Assembly: GCA_028679495.1 (NCBI GenBank)
Contig: JAJRBK010000098.1
Location: 1-46,767 of the forward strand
Direction of reading: 5' to 3'
DNA from: Methanobacteriota archaeon
Lineage (GTDB): Archaea; Halobacteriota; Bog-38; Methanoflorentales; Methanoflorentaceae
DNA length: 46,767 nucleotides
Below are positions 39,256 through 46,750 of the stretch, one piece after another. Made by a program: the position numbers and the translations under genes. The stretch's first letter is position 1; the number at the start of each line of letters is the position of its first letter. Under the pieces are notes generated by a model. That model was not told where the DNA came from, did no database searches, and saw nothing but the letters and a program-made list of their open reading frames with translations.

Positions 39256-39699
39256 ATGAAACTGATTAGCCTTGCGCTTTGTTTCTCATTGCTGTGCTGC
39301 TGCTCGGTCGCAGGGTGTCTGAGTGCAGCGCCTGACCAGACGACAAATAGCGACCAGAAGTCAGGCCTGCAAGATTCACAGGTTTCCATAGGTATAACAT
39401 CAACGGCGCTCGGGGAACCAGCATCGATACGTGCGACTGTAAGCGACGGTAACGGCCGGCCTCTTGATGGCAAGATCATTGAATGGTTTCTCGACGGCAA
39501 GTCGCTGGGGAAAAGTCAATCAAGAAACGGCGCGACTATGCTGAACCTAACGAGCGAATATATCGAGAACTTAGGTACCAGAACGCATCAACTACAGGTG
39601 AATTTCTACGGGGATGCAAGCTACAAGAGCAGCACAGCAACTTCGTTTCTGCTAATCACTGCCACCGGCATCCCGGTCGCCGAAGATCTTATCGTTTGA
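39256..39699 (+). CDS. Predicted secreted or lipid-anchored protein with an Ig-like (Big-type) domain
   Basis: Signal peptide with a lipobox-like MKLISLALCFSLLCCCSVAGC, then ATVSDGNGRPLDGKIIEWFLDG, typical of bacterial Ig-like domains. The ATG at 39256 is preferred over the TTG at 39229. Confidence 0.6.
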   Translation: MKLISLALCFSLLCCCSVAGCLSAAPDQTTNSDQKSGLQDSQVSIGITSTALGEPASIRATVSDGNGRPLDGKIIEWFLDGKSLGKSQSRNGATMLNLTSEYIENLGTRTHQLQVNFYGDASYKSSTATSFLLITATGIPVAEDLIV

Positions 39700-39847
39700 C
39701 TCTGGGAGCACTTTTGAGTCCATATAAACTTGACAACGCTTTACGTGAAGTGTAATCTTGCTCCAAACCCGCGCTGTCGATGCAGTGACGCTTAAAGCAT
39801 AACAGCTATACGCGTGCAGCCAACGAGACCTCTAGCCTCGGTCTAGG

Positions 39848-39985
39848 CTATTCGAGTTTCGTCTCGTTAACGTAGCGAGAGAAATGTGGATTCTTAAGGT
39901 CTATTAAATCCAAAAAACTCTCGAAATTGTCTTCGGATTCAAGTCCAAAGAGCTCGGTCTCAAAGGTCGATGCTTGGCAGTTCAT
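39848..39985 (-). CDS. Candidate small acidic protein (45 aa), possibly leaderless
   Basis: Hand translation gives MNCQASTFETELFGLESEDNFESFLDLIDLKNPHFSRYVNETKLE*. On the minus strand, a purine-rich AAAAGC plus TTTAAATA (40011-40018) lies 26-33 nt upstream of the ATG. It is not in the ORF track. Confidence 0.3.
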   Translation of the reverse strand: MNCQASTFETELFGLESEDNFESFLDLIDLKNPHFSRYVNETKLE

Positions 39986-40200
39986 TTCTTGTAAAAGGAT
40001 GGCAGATCTTATTTAAAGCTTTTCTTTTGTGCAAAAATGGAAGCATGTGGTCTGCAGACACACGGACAAATGGCACGAAAAAGCCAGCCTTTTCGACTTT
40101 ACAATAGATGCCGCTCAAACGCTTGGTGACAGGAAAAGTAACGAGTACTGTTCGTATTCCGTTGGAGAAGATTATATACGAAGTGTACCAAGGATTGTTA

Positions 40201-40494
40201 ATGAATCCTGAAATTGACATCAACCAACTAGTTGATGAGTTTTTAAGACTTGAGAGATACGTGGAAGAGTCAAAGCTCTATGAGAGCATCGTTGCTGCGC
40301 CCTCGATATCGGCTGATGAGCTGCTATTAGAGCAAGACTGGCAGCGATTTGTAACATACAAATTTAATAAAGCGGGCATAGATCAGGGATTGCAAGACGC
40401 AATGCGTGACGGGTTTATCTTAATTTTAGAAAAGCTTACGGAGCTAGCGCAGGAAGCTGCCGCACCGCCTAACGGATTTGGCAGAAGTCAATAA
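40201..40494 (+). CDS. Hypothetical acidic helical protein
   Basis: The track ORF is 40108-40494. The ATG at 40201 is preferred because ATTATATA (40171-40178) ends 23 nt upstream, which suggests a leaderless transcript. No family was recognised. Confidence 0.45.
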   Translation: MNPEIDINQLVDEFLRLERYVEESKLYESIVAAPSISADELLLEQDWQRFVTYKFNKAGIDQGLQDAMRDGFILILEKLTELAQEAAAPPNGFGRSQ

Positions 40495-40680
40495 GCAGCT
40501 CCAGTTTATCTCATCAGCGAGAATCGCGCGCTAACGGCCTGTTATTTGATGACTAGGCTTGTCACAGCCCGCGATATCCTGTATTTTTCGGCCCTTTTTC
40601 TGCACTACTCTGGGCTTAGAATTATGTATATGTTGAAGGGTATGTCTAAATACTGATTAAACTTAGACCGAGGCAACCTA

Positions 40681-41043
40681 ATGAAACTTGAAACACTACA
40701 GCAGCTTTTTCGAGCTGTGCTTGTAGATATGCAGGACGAGCTTAGGAGCTACTCGAAGCTCCTGTGTTTGGAACACGGGTACGAGGTCGACGATCTTAAT
40801 TTTACGATGGAAAGCGAAACGCTTTTTCCAGCCGTCGACGTTTCTTTAACGCCCGCGTTGTATTACGAACGTGAAGAGCTAGCACGCTTCAAAGAGCTTG
40901 TGGAAGAGGACTTGAATAACATTGTTTTTGATTATGCGTTCAACCGACAGCATCATGCACAAGCAGACGAACATCTTTCGGTTGAGCGCACAGCGTTTGT
41001 TAGTCAGAACATTAAACACTTGTTAACTGCGTCGCAAAATTGA
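40681..41043 (+). CDS. Hypothetical acidic protein
   Basis: 120-aa ORF with GAGG 8 nt upstream of the ATG. No family was recognised. Confidence 0.5.
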   Translation: MKLETLQQLFRAVLVDMQDELRSYSKLLCLEHGYEVDDLNFTMESETLFPAVDVSLTPALYYEREELARFKELVEEDLNNIVFDYAFNRQHHAQADEHLSVERTAFVSQNIKHLLTASQN

Positions 41044-41150
41044 TCCGTTGAGCCAGTAACGTAATGACTCAGCTTTAGTATTAAGAGTGGCGCGGGAGTC
41101 TGACGCTGGGGTCTCTCATTTGAGCTAGAGCGACCGTTAATCAAAATCTT

Positions 41151-41199
41151 TTTATATAAATCCAGTTAACACAGAAACGGAAGTAGGTTTCCTACTTCC
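41151..41199 (+). promoter_or_regulatory. amt-glnK promoter: TATA box plus a GGAA-N6-TTCC (NrpR-type) operator
   Basis: TTTATATAAA at 41151-41160. GGAAGTAGGTTTCC at 41179-41192 lies inside the perfect inverted repeat GGAAGTAGG-TTT-CCTACTTCC (41179-41199). The amt ATG is at 41251 and is preceded by GGGAGG. Confidence 0.6.
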
Positions 41200-41250
41200 T
41201 TCTTATGTACATTACCATCATAATATGCCGTGTAACTCTGGGAGGACTCT

Positions 41251-42471
41251 ATGGTTGATGCCGCTCTAAATTCTGGTGATACCGCTTGGATGCTTATATC
41301 AACAGCCCTTGTGATGTTGATGACCGTGCCTGGGTTAGCCCTCTTCTATGCTGGCCTAGTAAAGAGAGAAAACGTCTTAAACACATTGTTCTTGTCGTTT
41401 TCTGCTTATGCCGTTGCAAGTATTATATGGTTTATTTATGGCTATCCTTTGGTATTTGGAGCTGATTTCCACGGTGTCATCGGCGTGCCAAGTGACGTAT
41501 TCTTTTACAACGTACTCGAATCACAAGCACTCTACGGTTCCATCCCAACGAGCGTCTTTGCGATGTATCAGTTGACGTTTGCTGCTATCACCGTCGCTCT
41601 TATATCGGGAGCGCTTATTGGACGCCTTAAGTTTGGTGCCTGGATGTTGTTTATACCACTGTGGCTAACCTTCGTCTATCTCCCCGTCGCCCACTGGGTC
41701 TGGGGCGGCGGCTGGCTTTCCCAGCTAGGCGCTCTTGATTTTGCCGGTGGAACTGTCGTTCACATTAACAGCGGCGTTGCAGCTCTCGCTCTCGTGCTGT
41801 TACTCAAGGGTCGCCGGGACAGAAGCTTACTCCCCCATCAACTTGGTTATACCATAATTGGAGCTGGGTTGCTATGGTTTGGATGGTTCGGCTTTAACGC
41901 TGGGTCGGCGCTTACCGCAGGGCAGCTCGCTACCTCTGCATTTATAGTCACGAACATATCTGCGGCATCAGCTATGCTCTCTTGGATGCTCATTGAATAC
42001 CTTCGATTTGGCAAAGCAACGATGTTAGGGGCCGCTTCAGGCATCATTGCTGGATTAGTTGCCATTACGCCGGCAGCTGGTTTCGTAAACGTCCCAAGCG
42101 CCATCATAATCGGAGTTTTCACCTCATTTGTATCCTACGCGGCAATTTCTTATATCAAGCCACGACTCGGCTACGATGATGCCCTTGACGTGTTCGGCAT
42201 TCATGGTCTCTCAGGGATCTGGGGAGCTTTGGCAACTGGCATATTTGCAAGCCCCTTCATAAATGCGGCTGCAACAGGGCTTGTATATGGTAATCCAGCA
42301 CAGCTTGGCATCCAAGTTCTTGCCGTAGGGGCAACGTTTGCCTATTCGTTTATAGCGACACTCATCATTGGCAAAGTGATAGACGCGACGATCGGGCTTC
42401 GTGTCACGGCTGATGACGAAATTCAAGGACTCGACCAAGCGATACATGACGAAGCTGCCTACCACGTTTAA
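41251..42471 (+). CDS. amt: Ammonium transporter
   Basis: 406 aa and polytopic. Contains [38 protein letters not shown] and [10 protein letters not shown]. Confidence 0.95.
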   Translation: MVDAALNSGDTAWMLISTALVMLMTVPGLALFYAGLVKRENVLNTLFLSFSAYAVASIIWFIYGYPLVFGADFHGVIGVPSDVFFYNVLESQALYGSIPTSVFAMYQLTFAAITVALISGALIGRLKFGAWMLFIPLWLTFVYLPVAHWVWGGGWLSQLGALDFAGGTVVHINSGVAALALVLLLKGRRDRSLLPHQLGYTIIGAGLLWFGWFGFNAGSALTAGQLATSAFIVTNISAASAMLSWMLIEYLRFGKATMLGAASGIIAGLVAITPAAGFVNVPSAIIIGVFTSFVSYAAISYIKPRLGYDDALDVFGIHGLSGIWGALATGIFASPFINAAATGLVYGNPAQLGIQVLAVGATFAYSFIATLIIGKVIDATIGLRVTADDEIQGLDQAIHDEAAYHV

Positions 42472-42481
42472 TCAGAGCTGA

Positions 42482-42844
<363 letters not shown>

Positions 42845-43033
42845 ATACACGAATAAGTATCCGCTGCCGGAGCACGTAATGACGTGTATAAAAGGTGATG
42901 GGATGATGTGTGGTTTGTGCGTGAAGATACGTGCGCTGACCAATAATGTGGATGCAAGCGCGCGCTGTTCGACTACTTGTAGGGCATTGCACGGGAGTCA
43001 GCCCGCTTTTCGCTCAGCATCCACCTTAGGAAT

Positions 43034-43072
43034 CTTTATATCCGATTAGTCTCTAAGCGGAATTGAATTTCC
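43034..43072 (+). promoter_or_regulatory. glnA promoter: TATA box plus a GGAA-N6-TTCC (NrpR-type) operator
   Basis: CTTTATAT at 43034-43041 and GGAATTGAATTTCC at 43059-43072. The TATA-to-operator spacing is about the same as at amt (17-18 nt). The ATG is at 43103. Confidence 0.6.
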
Positions 43073-43102
43073 TACTAAGCGAAAGCTAACAGGGGATCTG
43101 AC

Positions 43103-44434
43103 ATGGTAGAAACAAAGGATAAAGAGTACGTATTGCATCAGGTCGAAGAACAAGGCATCAAATTTATTCGACTGTGGTTTACAGACATCCTTGGCTCTCT
43201 CAAGAATTTTGCTATTACGAGTGAAGAGCTCGAAGGAGCTCTAAACGAAGGTATGGGTTTTGACGGATCCTCAATCGAAGGGTATCAGACGATTGAGGAA
43301 TCCGATATGATTGCAAAACCGGACCCAAGCACATTTGCAGTATTGCCGTGGAGACCTAAAGAGAAAGGCGTAGCGCGAATTATATGCGACATACTCGAGC
43401 CATCAGGACGTCCGTACGACGGGGACCCCCGTTACGTTCTCAAGCGGAACCTCGAGCGAGCAGAAAAGAAAGGCTTCACGTTTAATATTGGGCCTGAGCT
43501 TGAGTACTTCTACTTCGCAAATAACCGGTCTTCTGATATCATAGATACGGGCGGATACTTTGACCTCACTCCACTTGATCAGGCAACCGATCTTCGAAGA
43601 GACACAATCTTCGCTCTACAAGATATGGGCATTCGTGTGGAGTACAGCCACCATGAAGTAGCTCCAAGCCAGCACGAAATCGATCTCCGTTACACGGACG
43701 CTTTAACCATGTCGGATAACGTCATGACGTATCGGCTCGTTGTAAAAGAGATTGCCCTGCGCTCTGGCTTTTATGCCACCTTTATGCCCAAGCCCATTAT
43801 AGGAGAAAACGGCAGTGGCATGCACACACATCAATCGTTATTCAAAGGCGCACAGAACGCGTTTTTTGACGCAAACGATGCATACAACCTTTCCGATGTG
43901 GCGAAAGGATTCATTGCTGGACAACTAACGCATGCGAAGGAACTTTGCGTGGTGACCAGTCAATGGGTCAATTCATACAAGCGATTAGTCCCTGGTTACG
44001 AAGCACCCGTTTATATTTCGTGGGCTCGAAGAAATCGATCAGCGCTCATCCGCGTGCCAATGTACAAGCCGGGGAACGAACTTGCGACACGGGCAGAACT
44101 ACGGAGTCCAGACCCTGCTTGCAATCCATATCTTGCATTCGCTGTCATGCTTGCATGTGGGTTAGAGGGCATAGAGAAAAGCTATGAGCTTCCCGATCCA
44201 GTCGAGAAGAACATCTTTAAGATGACCCAGCAAGAACTCGATGATCACGGAATCGGATCGCTTCCCGAAAACTTAGGCCTAGCAGTCAAAGAAACTGAGA
44301 CTTCTGAAATTATACGACGAGCGCTTGGTCATCACGTGTTTGATCGCTTCATTGAGCTTAAAAAGAAAGAGTGGGATGATTACCGGCTGCAAGTCACGCA
44401 ATACGAGCTTGACCGATATTTGCCCGTCCTTTGA
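43103..44434 (+). CDS. glnA: Glutamine synthetase, type I
   Basis: 443 aa. Contains FIRLWFTDILG, GFDGSSIEG, EVAPSQHEI, KPI.GENGSGMHTH and NPYLAFA. Confidence 0.96.
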   Translation: MVETKDKEYVLHQVEEQGIKFIRLWFTDILGSLKNFAITSEELEGALNEGMGFDGSSIEGYQTIEESDMIAKPDPSTFAVLPWRPKEKGVARIICDILEPSGRPYDGDPRYVLKRNLERAEKKGFTFNIGPELEYFYFANNRSSDIIDTGGYFDLTPLDQATDLRRDTIFALQDMGIRVEYSHHEVAPSQHEIDLRYTDALTMSDNVMTYRLVVKEIALRSGFYATFMPKPIIGENGSGMHTHQSLFKGAQNAFFDANDAYNLSDVAKGFIAGQLTHAKELCVVTSQWVNSYKRLVPGYEAPVYISWARRNRSALIRVPMYKPGNELATRAELRSPDPACNPYLAFAVMLACGLEGIEKSYELPDPVEKNIFKMTQQELDDHGIGSLPENLGLAVKETETSEIIRRALGHHVFDRFIELKKKEWDDYRLQVTQYELDRYLPVL

Positions 44435-44603
44435 TACGTGGCTGAGCTGAAAGGCGGCAGTCTTTCACAGGTCTTAATGCCATTTAAATTTCCCACTAAG
44501 TAACTACTGCAGAAGATCTAACGTACTGCAAACATACTTTTACGATGGTGGACAAAAGGAGAAAAGAAGAAAAGGGAGCGCGAGCAGTCCCTTCGATATC
44601 ATT

Positions 44604-45313
44604 TCAACGAGAGCTCAGGATATAACCGAGGTTGTTCCACGGTGACCACCCATACGAGTACTGGAAGTACTTATACAGAAGCTCAAAGTCCGTGCCCCGG
44701 CCGAAGAAGTTAAGCCGCTTCATGGTGCCGATCGTCCACAGCTCCGTCCACGCTACTGCGCTCGGTGAGGCGCCTATGAGCCGATCCCCACCGGCTTGAT
44801 AGAGGGGCTTCCAGCCGTTGTCAAACCACTTCTGTTGGGGGTGACCGTTCATGTCGACGAAGAAGACGTCGATGAGGTTTCTTGCCTCACGAGCAGCTGG
44901 GTGAGAGGAATGATAAAGACCTGTACCTGCTGGAAGAGGCGGGATTTGCATCATATTTCCCCAGTTGGTGGAACACCCGTCGTCGAACCATCGATGCAAG
45001 CATTGTTGTCCCAGTGAAAGACAAAGACGTCGATCCGTCCAGCGCCCCATGAGCAGACGGCCGGTGCCACTTTATAATACACTGCTCCTCCCGGCGGAGT
45101 GCCGAGGCCTTCTCGGTTAGACCACGTCCCTTGGGACTTCGTCCCTTGGAACCACTTATGCCAGAGATTGCCGCCTGCGCCTATCGCAAAGAGGTCGAGC
45201 CGTCCTAGGCCCCACGAGCAGGAGACCGGGGCTGAAAAGTGAGTGCTATCCTGGGGCGCAACACGCCTGTCTCGTGCAAAGCACGCATCACGGCTGCTTG
45301 TACAGTCGAGCAA
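44604..45313 (-). pseudogene. Frameshifted, 5'-truncated lectin-like beta-propeller repeat gene (tachylectin/PLL/DUF346-like W-rich blades)
   Basis: Two overlapping ORFs in different frames (45313-44951 and 45050-44604) together encode about 4 blades of the pattern SWG.GR.DVF.....LWHKWF..G.W..W..LG. The frames switch near 45000 (..DVFVFHWDNNA / LHRWFDDG..). There is no signal peptide and no complete first blade. Confidence 0.6.
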
Positions 45314-45393
45314 CTGGGTTGAACTTGAAAGCCCTTATATGCGGTTCCCAAATAAGCGAGCCGTAAGGCAACCTTCGATTTCATTGTCGTCAT
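45205..45393 (-). pseudogene. truA: 5' remnant of tRNA pseudouridine synthase A
   Basis: ORF MTTMKSKVALRLAYLGTAYKGFQVQPSCSTVQAAVMRALHETGV... matches the conserved TruA N-terminus (..IAL.IEYDGS.Y.GWQRQ....SVQ..LE.AL). Similarity stops after about 44 codons (about 45261), and the ORF ends at 45205 without the catalytic GRTD motif. Confidence 0.5.
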
Positions 45394-45642
45394 CCACTGA
45401 ATCTATGCAACAGGGTGATTTACACCTAGGCAGCTACGCCGATATAACAAAGAACAAAGTTGTTTCTGACAATATCAGCGAGGGGTCACATCATTGGCGC
45501 AAGGGGTCTTACGATTGTGCGCGCTGCGCAAGCCCAGCTAGTAACGTAACGTATTTACCTGATACTTGTAATTAGCATCAAAGAAGGAGGACGCTGTCTA
45601 CTGACCGAACAGCGTTCTATTTCATACTGTTTGAAGTAAACC

Positions 45643-46719
45643 ATGAAAGCGTTTCTCGGATTCGAAAATGGGGTTGCCCTTGTTGGGGAGGGATTTGGAG
45701 CTGAGAAATCTGCCTTCGGCGAGCTTGTATTTGCTACGCCTTTTACGGGATATGTAGAGGCCTTAACTGATGCATCGTACAACGGTCAGATCTTGCTTTT
45801 TACCTATCCCCTGGTCGGCAATTATGGGGTAGACCACGAACGATGTCAATCAGCAGGTATACAAGCCGAAGGATTTGTCATCAGAGAGCTCTGTGAATAT
45901 CCCGCAAAACAGGGGTTGTTAGGTGAGTTTCTCAAAGACCAAGGAGTCCCTGGTATCTATGACGTTGATACACGGATGATCACTATCATGATCCGTGACC
46001 ACGGCGCCATGAGGGCGAGCCTTCTCCATGCTAACATAGGCGACACAGAGGGCATGGAAAAAGCTGTTGACCTTGCGCGTCGTTCACCGCATATAGGCAG
46101 CCTTGATCTCGTTTCAGAAGTCACATGTGCGGAACCCTACCGTATCCTTGGAGCGGGAAAACGATTCGTCGTGATGGATTTTGGTGTCAAGCGTAACACC
46201 CTTAGAAACCTCGAGCGCCGCAACGTCGATATTGTAGTGGTGCCGGCAGATACGTCTGCTCAAGAAATTATGAACCTGGAGCCCGATGCACTCCTATTGT
46301 CAAACGGACCCGGCGATCCTATACAAGCAGCAAATGGTATTACGGTAGTACGAGAACTTGTAGGACAACTGCCTATCTTCGGAATCTGTCTTGGGCACCA
46401 GCTCATCGCCCTTGCGCTCGGCGGTGAGACATACAAGCTCAAGTTTGGGCATCGAGGTGCAAACCAGCCTGTGATGGACCTGCGGAAGAACGTGGTCTAT
46501 ATCACTGCACAAAACCACGGGTACGCCGTTCGATACTGTGAGCACGAGGGCACAGCGATTACGCAGGTCAATGCAAACGATGGTACCGTTGAAGCGATGG
46601 AGAATGAGCACCTAGGGATAATGAGCGTGCAATACCATCCCGAACAATCCCCTGGTCCGCATGACCTTGAAAAGCCCTTTTTCGACCACATAACAGAAGC
46701 AGCGAAGCGAAAGATGTGA
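45643..46719 (+). CDS. carA: Carbamoyl-phosphate synthase small (glutaminase) subunit
   Basis: 358 aa. Contains the GATase active site GICLGHQL and HRGANQPV, NHGYAV, and a C-terminal H..E pair. Confidence 0.95.
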   Translation: MKAFLGFENGVALVGEGFGAEKSAFGELVFATPFTGYVEALTDASYNGQILLFTYPLVGNYGVDHERCQSAGIQAEGFVIRELCEYPAKQGLLGEFLKDQGVPGIYDVDTRMITIMIRDHGAMRASLLHANIGDTEGMEKAVDLARRSPHIGSLDLVSEVTCAEPYRILGAGKRFVVMDFGVKRNTLRNLERRNVDIVVVPADTSAQEIMNLEPDALLLSNGPGDPIQAANGITVVRELVGQLPIFGICLGHQLIALALGGETYKLKFGHRGANQPVMDLRKNVVYITAQNHGYAVRYCEHEGTAITQVNANDGTVEAMENEHLGIMSVQYHPEQSPGPHDLEKPFFDHITEAAKRKM

Positions 46720-46750
46720 AAGCTGAACGAAATCCCATCGAACGAACAAC

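Noticed and set aside
39960-40223. 87-aa minus-strand ORF and overlapping 60-aa plus-strand ORF (40029-40211)
   Set aside because: Both overlap better-supported candidates: the 45-aa ORF with a TATA box at the correct distance, and the 40201 ATG ORF. Neither has a plausible promoter or SD geometry. This call is uncertain rather than excluded.
42902-42941. C/D-box sRNA-like elements (GATGATG ... CTGA) in the glnK-glnA spacer
   Set aside because: Only one imperfect C box and one D box are present, about 30 nt apart. There are no C'/D' boxes and no terminal stem, so the element is too short for a canonical archaeal C/D sRNA.
45243-45575. 110-aa plus-strand ORF
   Set aside because: It overlaps the truA stub and propeller fragment on the opposite strand and runs into the carA promoter region. 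It has no motif and is probably fortuitous.
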